Below are positions 15,641 through 29,187 of a DNA stretch of 64,000 nucleotides, piece after piece; position 1 is the stretch's first letter; each line of letters begins with the position of its first letter. The stretch covers positions 2,110,001 to 2,174,000 of the forward strand of contig CM075994.1 of NCBI GenBank assembly GCA_038087875.1, given 5' to 3'. The DNA comes from Malacoraja senta (Eukaryota). The notes beneath the pieces were generated by a model that did not search any database, was not told the DNA's origin, and saw only the letters and a list, made by a program, of their open reading frames with translations. The translations under genes and the position numbers were made by a program.

Positions 15641-16139
15641 AAATAAAGCCTTACTGTTGATGAAATGCAGTGAATACGCGATAATCCCCAATATTTCCAA
15701 TGTTGATATCTGTCTTGACCATTTTGGGTGTTTTTTACGGGTAAGAAAGTACGCATTACGTGTATTGACAGTGTATGCCGGAAGCTGCCATGTCCTCCAC
15801 ATGGATTGAGCTGCTCCGTGCGTCACACCCTTTGACCCGCTGACCTTGCGTGCAACCCCCCTATAGAAAGAGGGCAATGAATGCACTGTCAAGTAAGGTG
15901 CGTAGAAGACATGTCAATTGGTAGCAAAGTTATGCATTCTTGTAGTCTTACATGGGTGTGACCGCACATAAAAAACATTTTTTTCAGCAAAATGGCACCG
16001 TGTAAAAATACTGATTTCCTCAGCAAAATACTGATTTTCAGGTACTAGAATACTGAAATGCTCTGACAAAACTTGGCAACTCTGGTTTACTCTATATAAG
16101 TGACCATCCTTAGATTGTCACACGTACTATGTTTTACAG

Positions 16140-16268
16140 AGAACAACATGAAACCAGAGGTGGACGATGGCTCTGGTTTGTGGCTCCTTTTAAAACGGGC
16201 TCGATCGACAATTAAAGCCGTGCGAGTTCACGCTGTGCAAGAACTGGCAAAGAAACATCACTGGCACG
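16140..16268 (+). CDS. SERAC1: SERAC1 exon 6, ENNMKPEVDDGSGLWLLLKRARS...AVQELAKKHHWH
   Basis: ttacag/gtagaa, 129 nt; WLLL and HHWH motifs. Confidence 0.93.
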
Positions 16269-17124
16269 GTAGAATATTGGACAGATGTCCATAATTACTA
16301 ATCAGTGGATATTAATAAAAGCAGAGTTCAACGATGAAATTGAAAAGCATATAAAGTGCTGGAGTAACTCAGTTGGTCAGGCAGCATCTGTGAAGGACAC
16401 AGATAGGTGGCGTTTCAGGTCGAGGCCTATCTTCCGATTAATTACAGTGGGAGAAGAAAGCTTGAAAACTGGAGAGGCAGGACAAAGTGCGGCAGGCAAT
16501 AGGTAGACACGGGGTTTTTATTTGACAGGCCGGTGGTTGGAACAACAATCAGAGATAAGAACAGAAGGTGTGAGTCAGGTTTGAAGAGTTACGGATTGTG
16601 AAGCCGGAGAGAGGAAAGTAGCCGAGGGGGGTTAGAGTGTGGGTGTGGAAGGGAGAAATAGGTGAGTCCAAATGGGGTACGGGAGAGAAGAGAAGGGGAG
16701 TGGAGAAAGAGAGTGGTGGGGGGGGGGGGGGGGGTCAGGGTTAGTTGAGAGTTACCTAAAATTGGAGAATTACTTCTTTAAAATGTTTTTTAAAGGTTTC
16801 ATGCTTATATTACGACTTTAAAGCTAGCCAGACAAATCTTCTGTGGCTTGGGGACATGAGCAGCTAAAGGGAGGGGCAAGGATTGTTGCATGGAAGCACT
16901 TCATCTACACAGCAGTTTCTGCCTCCCTTGATAACAATAGGAACGGGATATTTCATTTGTGGAAGCTGGGATTATTTGTACAGTAGATGAAGTTAAGCAG
17001 ATATCTAATGGAGGTGACACAATTGGAGCCATGTAGCCATGGATGATGTTAATGTAGTCAAAAAGTAGAGGACCTAAGTTTTGGTTAAAAGAAAGTGCAA
17101 TGGAAATGTATTTCTTCCACACAT

Positions 17125-17392
17125 TGGCACGGTGGTGCAGCGGTAGAGTTGCTGCCTGACAGCACTAGAGACCTAGGTTTGATCCTGACTACAGGTGCTG
17201 TCTGTATGAAGGTTGTACGTTCCCCTTGTGACCACGTGGGTTTTCTCCCACATTCCAAAGATGTGCAGGTTTGTCTGTTTATTAGCCTCTGTAAATTGTC
17301 CCTAGTTTGTAGGATCGAACTAGTGTATGGGTGAATGATGGTCGGTGCGGACTCAGTGGGCCAAAGGGCCTGTTTCCACAATGTATATCTAA
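17125..17392 (+). mobile_element. tRNA-derived SINE (V-SINE/HE1-like); further copies at about 5385-5545, 19305-19600, 26434-27025 (nested), 36600-36750, 50510-50790 (+) and 21190-21495, 30495-30780, 48270-48510, 49668-49820, 60213-60380 (-)
   Basis: A-box GGTGGCGCAGCGG and B-box GGTTCGATCC-like heads, shared core, CR1-like GGGCCGAAGGGCCTGTTTCC tail. Confidence 0.8.
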
Positions 17393-17952
17393 ACATTGAA
17401 TTGTTGCAATTTGCCTGAAAGAGTAGAGGGAGCACGATATATATCCTTGAATAGGAAAATTTGTAAGACTAAATGGTAGGGAAAGTTCTTTGTAAAAGCC
17501 AACATAAACCTAATTATCTGAATGCCCTCCAGTGCTGTTTGAATGAGGACAGCAAGTGATCTCTAATGATTGACTGGTTGCATCATGGCTTGGTACAGCA
17601 ACTTGAATGCCCAGGAGCAGAAAAGACTGCAAAAAAAAAGTTGTGAACACTGCCTAGTCCATCACAGGCTCTGACCTCCTCACCATCGAAGGGATTTATC
17701 GGAGTCGCATTCTCAAAAAGGCTGCCAGCATCATCAGAGACCCACACCATCCTGGTCACCCACTCATTTCACCACTGCCATCGGGAAGAATGTACAGGAG
17801 CCCGAAAACGGTAACGTCCAGGTGCAAGAACAGTTTCTTCCCTACAGCCATCAGGCTATTAAACACTACAACCTCAAATAAGCTCTGAACTACAATAGAC
17901 TATTATTAATATGATTATTACACCACTATTGTTTGTTTTGTGTGTGTGTGTG

Positions 17953-17984
<32 letters not shown>

Positions 17985-18272
17985 CTTGTGAGTATGTATA
18001 TAGACACACTGAACTTTTTTTTCTCTCGTTTATTATATTGTTTACAGTGTACTATTCTGTTATGCTGCAGCAAATATTTCATCGTTTTATCTGGGACATA
18101 TGACAATAAAACACTTGACTCTTCTTGCACAGAAAGGTTATACCACTTACTATCCCTTGTAAATGATTACCGTTTAACTAAAGATCAATCAGGGGATGGG
18201 GAAGTGTAGTGAAATATCAACTTTCCTAGTTATAATAATATCTTTAAATGTGTTCATTTTCTCCATTTGCAG

Positions 18273-18391
18273 ACTACCAATATAGAACTGTGGCCCAGGC
18301 TTGTGATCAGAAAACCAGAATAGGGCTGGCCAGAACGAAAGACATCGACCTTCGCTTCTTTTTACGCCCTCCTTTACTGAAAACAATTGAG
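18273..18391 (+). CDS. SERAC1: SERAC1 exon 7, [34 protein letters not shown]
   Basis: ttgcag/gtcagt, 119 nt; DYQYR..AQACD..T.IGLAR...DLRFFL. Confidence 0.96.
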
Positions 18392-20713
18392 GTCAGTAAA
18401 TCTCTTATTGTATTTTGCCTTGGTTTTAAAATACATTACGTTTTAACGTCTGCAGTAGCAATGACTCTGACGCTAAAGGCGTGATATCATTTGCGAATTG
18501 TAGGCTAACAGGACCTCCTGGAGGAGGCAGTACGGGCCTTGTACTAGGCTAGTGGTAGAGCTAGTAAAGCTGCTTTAGATTCATAGCGCTTTCCCTCGTT
18601 GCTCCCCCTTTGTGATTCCTGCTCTTTGACCATGTCTCTGACCCTGAATTGCTAACACAGCCACAAGTGTTTCCTCAGCACTTGTCCTTGCTGCCATCTT
18701 GTGCCACGTGGCTTCCTGCCCTGTTTCCAGACCTCTCGTTCGGGCCCAGAGTGAGGAAGGATCCCGACCTGAAACGTCACCTGTCCATTCCCTCCACAAA
18801 TGCTGCCTGCCCGCTCAGTTACTCCAGCAGTGTGTTGCACTCAAGAATAAATACAAACAGGAGTTAAGTAAAATTTCACATGGTCATACAACATGGGAGG
18901 AGCCCATTTACCTATTGATTCTATGCTGCCTCTTAGACACTTCCATCAATCCCTTTCCTCTCATTGATTAACTTATTAAATAGAATCATACAGCATGGAA
19001 ACAGGCCCTTTAGACCAACTTGCCCATGTCGACCAAGATGCCCCATTAACACTGGCCCCATTTGCTTGTGTTTGGCCCATATCCCTCTAAATCATTCCAT
19101 GTACCTGTCCTAATGTCTTTTAAATGTTGTTATTATGCCTGTTTCAACTACCTCCTCCGGCGGCTCGTTCCATACACCTACCACCCACTGTGTGAAAAAG
19201 CTGCCCCTCGGGTTCCTATTAAATCTTTCCCCTCTCACCTTAAATTCTCGCTCTCGCCTCCCTATCAACTGCACCCTGATACTTTTACCACTCTAAGGCG
19301 ACATACTGGCGAAGCACTAGAACTGCTGCCTTACAGTGCCAGAGACACGGGTTTGATCCTGACCACGGATGCTGTTGGCACAGTTTGTATGTTCTCCCTG
19401 TGACCGTGTGGATTTTCTCCGGGTGCTTTGGTTTCTTCCGACATTCCAAAGACGTGCTGGTTTGTAGGTGAATTAGCTTTGGTAAAATTGTAAATTGTCT
19501 CTTAGTGTATAGGATCATGTTAGTGTACGGGATGATTGCTGGTTGGCATCGACTCAGTGGGCTGAAAGGCCTGTTTCGATGCTGTATCTTTGAAGTATAA
19601 AGTAAAGTCTAAAGTCACTCATCTACACTCGGGGCAATTTCAGGGACCAATTAACAAATTTTTGGGGATGTGGAAGGAAACCAGAGTACCTGTCTCGGGG
19701 TGAATGTCCAAACTGCACACAGCACCAGGGGTCAGGGTCGCTAGAGCTGCGAGGCAGCAGCCCTCTATCACCCAGATGATGTGAAGATGTGAGTGAGATA
19801 CGTAGAGAGGAAATTAAAGAGTTGTTGAAGACAATTGAGCCATCCATTGTGTACAGATATATGCTAAAGGGAATAACGTTTAGTGCAAGGTTCGTTCGCT
19901 CGTGTGTCAGACGATGTTCTGCCATTGCTTTGCCACAGCCAGTGCCACATCTGTGCCTCTGCGGAGATCGTCCGCAGTGCATGCCTCCCTGCCGCAAGTC
20001 AGCCATTGTCTGTACCTCTCCACAGTTGCACTTATCAGAGTCCTAGAGGCCCCACTTCTTCAGGTTGAGTCCGCAACGCCCCACTCCAGTGCGGAGGCGG
20101 TTTAGGGCTTTCCAGGTAGTACAAGGCAGGTGGTGTCCTGGTGCCTGGTGCAATGTAAGACTATGGAAAGTCAGAAGGAAGGACCTGGCAGGCCACGGCC
20201 TGCCAAGCTGACCCCTGCTCGTCCCCAAGAACCACAGAGGAGGAAGGGGCTGGTGACGGTAGGCGCAAGCGCAAGGACTGGTAAGAGAGTGAGCTGAGGT
20301 CTTGCCTTCTGCGCCCTCAAGGTCGGCTGCGGGAGGCGCTACCTGGGCAGAAAGGCTGAAGGTGGCTGGTCGAGGAGAGGGATGATGGTTCATTGAATGA
20401 TCTGGACAGAGGCGATAGCTGGAGGCGCTGCAGCAGACGGGTTCGCCTGGATCAGGTGCCGTTCCAGGAGACCCAGCGTACGGACCAGACAACCTTGGAG
20501 ATGGCGGGAAAACCTGGCGGCTCTTGCATACGGTCTCTGTGGACTATTTCTCTGCATTTTGTAATAATCAGGGATTGTGCTTATGTATGGCAGTACTTTA
20601 CTGAACTGTATGCAAAAAAATAATTTCACTGTGTGTCTGTACATGTGATAATAATGAGCCATTGAAGAAAGAGTTAACACTTATTTCCTGCCCTGTTTGC
20701 TTCCTGTATGCAG

Positions 20714-20842
20714 GACTCGTATATTGAAGATGAACTTCGACGTCTCCTGGCCTGCCTACCACAGTCTGAAGTGGATCAGTGTGTGCAGTACTTTACCTCA
20801 CTGGCTTTAAGAGAGAGTAATCAGTCTATGTCAGCGCAAAGG
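20714..20842 (+). CDS. SERAC1: SERAC1 exon 8, DSYIEDELRRLLACLPQSEVDQCVQYFTSLALRESNQSMSAQR
   Basis: atgcag/gtaagg, 129 nt. Confidence 0.96.
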
Positions 20843-21010
20843 GTAAGGTTAAAGTATCTGATCTGGTGCTGGCCTTTGTGTTGATAAAGGAGCAACCTTA
20901 GTCTGAAAATCAAGGTGTCAAATTATTTTGAATAGAACTAAAGTACCAGGTGTGAATGCAATGTGGGGATATTTGTATGGCCTCTAACTGTTATCATCAT
21001 TATATAGGAC

Positions 21011-21146
21011 GGGATGGGAGATGCAACCTTCATGTGGTCCACCCTGTTTCGATTAATGCAAACAACCCGACGTGCACAAACAAATAGATCAAATAGAACA
21101 AGTTGACTTACAACTTTAGGCTGTGAACGCCATATGCAAGAAGAAG
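21011..21146 (+). mobile_element. short retroposon, GGG head and (AAG)n tail, 12-bp TSD ATTATATA/CGGAC
   Basis: second copy at 54472-54581 (-) with 13-bp TSD CATTATGGTGCCC. Confidence 0.7.
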
Positions 21147-22192
21147 ATTATATCGGACAGTATAAATTAGGAACCTGATGTAGGTACTTTAGTTGAGAGA
21201 TACAGCATGGAAACAGGCCCTTCTGCCCACTGACTCCATGCCTTTCATCACTCTAGTTCTATGGTTTCCCATTTGTAATCCACTCCCTACATATCCGTTC
21301 CCACTAGTTCTCTGTTATCCCATTTTCTAATCCACTCCCTACACATTAGGGGCAATCGTACAGAGGCCAATTAACTTACGAACCCATGTGATCACAGGAA
21401 TAACCTGCAAACTCCATATAGACGCCACTCAAGGTCAGGATCAAACCTGGGTCTCTGACGCTGTGAGGCAGCAGCTCTACCAACTGTGCTACCGTGAAAA
21501 TTTTGTTTTCTCTGACTCTTAGCCTTCCATTTCCGGCCAAAGGATGTATGTAATTCTTTCTAAACACTTTAGTGTTTAGAAAGAAAAGCATTAGTTTAGT
21601 TTATTGTCAAGTGTACCGAGGTATAGTGAATAGCCTTTGTGTGCTAATCAGTCAGCGGAAAGACTGTACATGATTACAATTGAGCCATCCACAGTGTACA
21701 GATATATGATAAAGGGAATAACGTTTAGTGCAAGGTAAAGTCCAATTAAATATAGTCCAAGGGTCTCGAATGAGGTAGATAGGTCAAGACCGCTCTCTAG
21801 TTGATAAGATAGTTCAGTTGCCTGATAACATCTAGGAAGAAACTGACCCTGAATCTGGAGGTATGTGTTTTCACACTTCTGTACCTCTTGTTTGAGGAGA
21901 GAAGAGGGAGTGACTCGCCTTTAGTTATTTATTATTGATATTGTAATGCAGATGCTGGAACGTTGAGCAAAAATCACAAAGTGCTGGAGGAATTCAGTAG
22001 GTCAGGCAGCATCTCTGGAGATCCATGTTCTCCAGAGATGATCCCTGACCCGCTGAGTTACTCCAACACTTTGTGATGTTTATTCTTAGTTATTTGACAT
22101 GATTATCAATTCTGAATGTTTAAAACGCTTCTCTAGAAAGCCTTTATTGGCATGTAGAGAAAATGGATCAAGTTATTTCCATCTTGTTTCAG

Positions 22193-22306
22193 GGTGGCTT
22201 ATGGTGCTTTGGAGGAAATGGCCTGCCTTATGCACAGAGTCTGAGCTCTGTTCCCAGTGAGAAGGTTGAATCATTTTGTCTGCAAGCTCTCGCTAAACAT
22301 TCTAAG
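22193..22306 (+). CDS. SERAC1: SERAC1 exon 9, [38 protein letters not shown]
   Basis: tttcag/gtaaag, 114 nt; conserved [14 protein letters not shown]. Confidence 0.97.
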
Positions 22307-22863
22307 GTAAAGTTTGTTTATTCTATGAAATATCTAAACTAAGGTGGCTTGATTGTCGTCTTTTCGCTGACTGGATAGCATGCAACAAGAAAGCTTTTCA
22401 CTGTACTTTGGTACATGTGACAATAATAAACTAAACTCACAAAGGTTTGCCTGATCAATTCCTCGAATCCTGTGACTGCTGTATGTGTGGAGAAGGATCA
22501 ATAAGCCAATAGGGTTTATAGGAATGAGAAGACAGCTCATCGACGGGGCTTGAGAGACCTGTTACAGGGACTATGTTTCCCCTGGTCAATGAGACTCGAA
22601 CGAGGGGCCAGAATCTCTGCATACATGCTTTGTTCAACTGGAGCATGATGAGTCTGGGTTTCTCTATCAAGATCAAGTTGTTGAATGTGTTTAATGTTGA
22701 GACAGAAATTTAGAACATAGAACAATACAGCACAAGAATAGGCCCGGATCAGAACATGATGGCGTTAAATTAATTTATTCTGCCTGCCCCTCCACTCCCC
22801 GGGTACCCCTCCACTCCCTACATATCCATGTGATGTCCAAAAAACTCTTAAATGCCACTTTCA

Positions 22864-25440
22864 CAGGGCTCTCACTTAACTTATTTTCCCTGTTGCCAGC
22901 CGGGCAACCTGGGCAGCTTTTTAGGTTGCCAAATGACAGTTTAGGTGGTCATTTAAGACGGCTTGCATGACGCGTGCGATAATGTGCTCGGATGAAGTGC
23001 GTAGTTACCAGTTGGAATTATGCTCAATGAAGTATCTCAACTCTTTTTACACAATGCAATTAATGCAATTTCTATTATTTCTTTCCACTTCCAAACAAAA
23101 ATGTGGTTGGATTATTCAGCATATGATCAACGTGTCAATAAATCCTGGACCATGATAACATATATGCTTAACCATGCACACTACAGATTGATGCAAGCAT
23201 GTTTTCTGTGAAGGACCGAAAATTATGACATGGCCATAGCATGGGTCATTATTGCTATTGGTACAGAAACACTCTCGCTTCCCACATAATTTATCCACAA
23301 CAAAATATACAGGTTGCAAGGAATTTTCTAAAGGCATTTAATGATAATAGCAGTTAAAACAGGTACCATCTGACAGGTTAAACATTACACTAACTAACAA
23401 GAGATGGCCAAAGGACATAAATGCAGCAAATGTTCTTTTGGTAATATATTTAAAGGTGTCAAGACGCCACATTATCGGGCATTCAGATTAGATGTATGTG
23501 TTGTGAACAGCAATGAAGATACCCAGTTTGTAAGATTTAAAAAAAATTGTTGATAAACGCTGTTTCCATCATTCCCACTCAGAATTAACGTTAAAATTTC
23601 AACTGAAATATCTCCTGACCAAATTTGTGATGTATATGACTGACTAGAAGTAAAACCTGGATAAATCCAACATATAGTTGTGAATGTTGCTCATTAAATA
23701 ACTATAGTACTGATACTACATATTAAGAGCATTGATTTGCCGTTAAAATGAATTCTGTAATAACGTGTCAACGGTAGCAGTGACAATCGAACACTGCGGC
23801 TTTAATGTTTTACGTGTTCACAATTTAATTAATCCATCTTTATGGATTAAAACAAATAACATTGTGAGTTAAAACACATTTGATTGCATTCCGTTATCAA
23901 ACATAGTCAATGTTCGCTCTGAAGACATTTCAAGCACAATAGGGTCGGGGGGGGGATGTGAAAGTGCGGGATGGATAGATGGCGGTGGGGGGGGGGGGGG
24001 GGTTGAGAAGGCAATCGGTGCGGAATTAATGGATTGAGGCAGGGGAATTAGTGCGTGTTGGTTGGAGTAGGTAAAATTGTGAGGAGAGAGCGCGGGGGAT
24101 GACGGGTTGAATGGGGGGGATCAGTACAGGATGAATGGGGGTAGACAAAAATGCTGGAGAAACTCAGCAGGTGAGGCGGCATCTATGGAGCGAAGGAAAT
24201 GGGCAACGTTTCGGGTCGAGACCCTTCTTCAGACTGATCCCCCCATTCTTCTTGAATGGGGGGCGATCAGTACAGGATGGATGGGGGGGGATCAGCGCAG
24301 GACGAATGGGCGGATCAGTACAGGATGAATGGGGGGGGACAGTACAGTGTGGATCGGATGGTCTGTGCAGGATGAATGGGTGGATCACTACAGGATGAAT
24401 GGAGGGATAAGTACAGGGTGGATGGGGGGATCACTACAGGATGAATGAGGGAATCAGTACAGGATGAAGGGAATCATTAAAAGATGAATGGGAAGATCAG
24501 TACAGGATGGATGGGGGGAGCAGTGCATGATGGATGGGGGGAGCAGTGCATGATGGATGGGGGGAGCAGTGCAGGATGAAGGGGGGGGGCAGTGCAGGAT
24601 GGATGGGAGGGGGGGGTCAGTACAGATGAATTGGGGGACCAGTGTAGGATTGATGGGGAGTGGCAGGAGAATAGATGGAGGGGGGGGGATGTAGATGAAG
24701 AAGGGAGCACACGGGATGTCAGTGAGGACTGAATAGAGGCAGGAATGGGGATCAGTGCGGGATGGAGAGGAGGGGTCTCAGGATAAGGGGGGGTGGAGGG
24801 AGGCGTACAAGAGAGAGAGAGAGAGAGAAGAAGGGGCAGAGGAGGTGGGAAGGAAGGTCAGTGCTCCTCGGACAACACCGGCATCATCCCTGCCTTGACC
24901 GTCCCTGTCTACCGCCAAGTGCCGCCACTAAAGGGGGAGGCAGTTGGGAACTCCTCGCCACCGCCTCCCCTCCTCCGCCAACCAACAGGAAGGTGCGGGG
25001 CCGAGTGGTGCAGGTGCTTCAGACGGCGGAAGGCCTCTCCTTCCTCCCTCCTCCCGGCCTCGCCGTGCGGGAGGGTTTGTGTTTGAAAGCGCCGTTGGCA
25101 GAGTGGCAGGCAGCGGCCGCTATCATGGTGGGCGGGTTGCAGGAGGAGGAGGAGATGGAGCCGCTGCTGCTGCTGCTGTGCGGGGCCCGTCATTCGCTCC
25201 GACCCTCCGTCACAGCACACTTAGCATCTTTCCCACGCATTACAGCCGTCGCCAACACAAAACGTCACGTTCCTTTTCTCCAGAGATGCTGCGTGACCCG
25301 CTGAGTTACTCCAGTTTTTTGTGTCTATCTTCGATATAAACCAGTATCTGCAGTGCCAAGCCGGGCAAAATGACTCGGCGTTTAGGTTGCCCGGCGGCAC
25401 TTTGGGTGGTCATTGGCACCGGGGCAACCGTTAATTTCTG
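22864..25440. mobile_element. second, longer copy of the CAGGGCTC DNA transposon, containing a G-rich minisatellite (about 24100-24680)
   Basis: colinear homology to 2000-3734; right TIR partly deleted; TSD TTTCA/CTTCA. Confidence 0.85.
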
Positions 25441-26099
25441 CTTCATATCCGCCACCACCACCACCCGCACCCCTGGCAGCGTGCTCCAGGCACTCGCCAA
25501 TGTTTGTGTACAAAAACAATTTCCCTGCACATCTCCTTTAAACTTTGCCCCTCTTACCATAATGCTATGCACTCTAGACTTTGACATTTCCTCCCTGGGG
25601 GAAACAAATTTGGAGAACCCGAAATGGTTCTGACTATCTACACTTTGCTGTGTAACATTGTATTTGAGAAACTCAGTGTGATATTGTGCCACGTTGCTAA
25701 ATTTCCAGTAGTGGGAGAGTCCAGGACCGAAGAGCACAGCCACAGAATAAAAGGACATACCTTTACAATGGAGATGAGGAGGAATTTCTTGAGCCAGAGG
25801 GTGGTGAATCCGTAGAATTAATTGTCATAGAAGGCCATGGAGGTCAAGTCACTAGATATTTTTAAAATGGAGATTGAGAGGTTCTTGATTAGTAAGGGCG
25901 TCAAAGGTTACGGGGAGAAGGCAGGAGAATGGGGTTGAGAGGGAAAGATAGATCAGCCATGATCAAGTCAAGGAGCAGACTTCATGGGCTGAATGGCCTA
26001 ATTCTGCTCCTATGTCATCGTCTTATATGCGTCTTTCTCTGCTAGTTATTCATTCTTCAAGATAAAATTGTTTTTGTTTTACTTTGCATCCAACACCAG

Positions 26100-26262
26100 G
26101 TTCCCAGCCACTGTGATGCCATTGTAACAAACGGAGGCTTGCAGTTACTGCAAAAAATTTATCAGCTGCGTCAAGACTCTCAAAAAATTCAAAGGAACAT
26201 AATTCGGACAATTGGAAATTTGGCTTTAAATGAGCGACTGCACTCAGCCATCGCACAGTCAG
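26100..26262 (+). CDS. SERAC1: SERAC1 exon 10, [23 protein letters not shown]...[17 protein letters not shown]
   Basis: caccag/gtgaca, 163 nt; armadillo-like region NGGLQLLQ. Confidence 0.96.
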
Positions 26263-27162
26263 GTGACAGCATAACTTGACATAATATGCAGATATTCTGG
26301 GTTATTCTGAAAGGAATAGAATTAACCTTGCACGATATGAGCACTCATGAGAACCATTTTACCTTTTTTGATAGCTGCTAGTTTTACTCAATTTTCTTCA
26401 CAATTAGTATTTTCAGAAGGTTAAGAATTTCAAGGGCGGCACAGTGGCGCAGCTGGTAGAGCTGCAGCGTCGCAGCGTCAGAGATCCTGACTTCTGGTGC
26501 TGCCTGTGTGGAGTTTATACGTTCTCCCCGTGACCACATTTGTTTGCTTTGGGTGCTCCGGTTTCCTCCCACATCCCAAAGACTTATGGGACGGCACAGT
26601 GGCACAGCGGTATAGTTGCTGCTTTACAGCGCCAGAGACCCGGGTTTGATCCTGACTATGGGTGCTGTCTGTGCGGAGTTTGTACGTTCTCTCTGACGGC
26701 GTAAGTTTTTTCCAGGTGCTCCAGTTTCCTCCCACACTCTAAAGACGTGCAGGTTTGTAGGTTAATAAGCTTTAGTAAAATTGGCGCGTAGGATAGTGCT
26801 AGTGTACGGGTAATCGCTGGTTGGCGTGGCTTTTGTAATTTGGCTATTTCCGTGCTGTATCTCTAAAGTAAAGCCTAAAGTGTGGGTTTGTAGGCCTCTG
26901 TAAAATTGTCCCTAATTTGAAGGGAGTAGATGGGAAAGGGTATAACATAGAACTAGTGTGAATGGGTGATCAATGGTCAGCATGGACTCGGTGGGCTGAA
27001 GGGTCTGTTTCCGTGATGTCTCTTTTATAAAAAATAAAATAAAAAAAAAAAAAAGTTTTACTAGATATTGTGTAAGCTTTGAAATTGTTGATTGTATTTA
27101 TCAGTATGAGGACATGGCAAAGTGGGATCTGTAAACTAATGGAGAGTGTCTTTGGGTTACAG

Positions 27163-27313
27163 GATGGATTGGCATACTGGCTGAGGTGATGAAATCCCCG
27201 CATGTTATCCAGGCCTCGCATGCTGCAAGAGCTTTGGCGAACCTTGACAGAGACACCATGGAAGAGAAGTACGAAGATGGAGTATATATCCTTCATCCTC
27301 AGTACAGAACAAA
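27163..27313 (+). CDS. SERAC1: SERAC1 exon 11, [50 protein letters not shown]
   Basis: ttacag/gtaaat, 151 nt. Confidence 0.96.
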
Positions 27314-29060
27314 GTAAATGGTGCAGAGATATTGTCGTTTGAAAATAATCACCCTGAACTAGTGCATTTTTTTGTGACAGTATTGCATGCCATGACATGT
27401 TATTGATTGTGCTTTTTTTAAATATTTTTATTTTATTAGAAGTAAGTACAATTGTATACAATCATATTTTCATAATGCATATTATGTACAGCTTATTTTT
27501 ATAATAAAGGAGAAAAAGAAAGAGAAGTTAGATAATGAAAAATAGAAATATGTGAGATATATAGTGTGTGAAAAAGAAAAATAGAGAGTGAAAGAAGAAA
27601 ATTAAGAAATAGAAAATAGAAAAAATAAAATAAAAGAAGAAAAAGAAAAAAAAAGAAGTAAGGAGATCTTATTTATAATCTTGACCATCCCTCGCCCAGT
27701 CACAAATTAGCTTTTACAATTGTGTTGCACCACATGATTCCAAAAAGACGACAAATGGAGACCAACTCGTTGTGAATTGGTCAAATTTATCTATTAGGAG
27801 GAATCGCATTTCCTCAAGACGTGCGGTGTCCAACATACTTGCAATCCACATTTTGAGCTTATTGATTGTGCTTAACTGATGGATAATGTAAGTGAGTGAA
27901 TCTGAACATTTAGTAAGTCTAAATGCACCAGTTCAGATATTATATTACAAGTTAGTGCCTCTAAAGTTGGGTATATTGATGGGAAAAAATGTTGCTAAAC
28001 CTAGCTTAATTTTTAATTGATATGGTAACAGGCAACTTGTCTACAAAAAAAGCACAGGCCTGAACATTTATGTAGCTAGTTACCTGACTTTGAAAGAACA
28101 TTGTGCCATTCTGCTCCCAGTAGGTCATTGCTTTGCAACTTAGTTCAGTTCCTTTAACATATTTATCTTATAATTCACCTCGGTACCGGAGTATGGTCGC
28201 CCCATTACAGAAGAGATGTGTAGTTTTTGGAGAAATGGATGAATGCAGCCTGGATGAGAGGAGAGGTTGGACAAACTTCGATTGTTTTCTCTGGAGCGTT
28301 AGAAGTCGACGGGAGATCTGATAGGAGTATTTGAAATTATGAGAAGCATAGATAGGGTAGACAATCAGAAAACAGACACAGCGCTGGAGTAACTCAGCAG
28401 GTCAGGCAGCATCTGTGGAGAACATGGATAGGTGACATTTTGGGTTTGCACCCTTTTTCCCAGGATGGAAATGTCAAAGACTAGAGACTCGTGTGTTGTT
28501 GATAGACAGCACAAGCTGCAATTGTTCTCTTTAAAACATAGCCGATTGGAAGGAATGGATCACATTTGTGGACGATTCAAGAGTAAGGCGACGCAAAATG
28601 AAGGTGACCAGCAAAAGAACCAAAATGAGCAGAAAAGCTTTCTCAAGCAGCGAGTGTTTGGGGTCTTTGATGCATTGTTGGGCTCATAGTAGGGGTAAGT
28701 TTAGTTGTAACATTTGTATGGGGAGCTGGATGATGTCTAACAGGAAATAATTTGCAGGGAATGAGTAGGGAAGTGGGATGGCTGGATTGTTACTCAGAGC
28801 TGGTATAGACTATGGTCCTTATGGCCACTTTCCATGCTGTAACCATTCTGTGAATGTTTTTCTATCCCCGACGTCCCGATGCAATTCCTTTACAAACAGT
28901 GCTTGTGCGGTGTTAATCATTAAGGGATTTTCTAATGCTGATAAATTGAGTCCTCTGGTAACAACTTTTGAGTTATTTCCTTCAACCTGTCACATTTTGT
29001 CAAACATTTTGAAGCGTTGGTGCAAGTATAGAACAGACACTGATCTGTTTTTATCTTCAG

Positions 29061-29187
29061 TCAGCCAATCAAAGCAGACGTTCTTTTTATTCATGGCCTG
29101 CTGGGAGCAGCTTTTAAAACATGGCGGCAGAAGGATTGCAGTGACATGGAGGATAAGAATGGCGATTACACGGAATGTTGGCCGAAG
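29061..29187 (+). CDS. SERAC1: SERAC1 exon 12, [25 protein letters not shown]...YTECWPK (alpha/beta-hydrolase HGL motif)
   Basis: cttcag/gtacca, 127 nt. Confidence 0.97.

Noticed and set aside
7656..15892. Giant ORFs (up to 2655 aa, His/Thr- or Cys/Val-rich) on both strands
   Set aside because: Stop-free by-product of the (CA)n satellite; open in several frames, intronic, no domain structure.
19890..20520. GC-rich intronic stretch with several 60-150 aa ORFs
   Set aside because: No recognisable protein or splice pattern; bounded by repeat-like tails; could not be classified.
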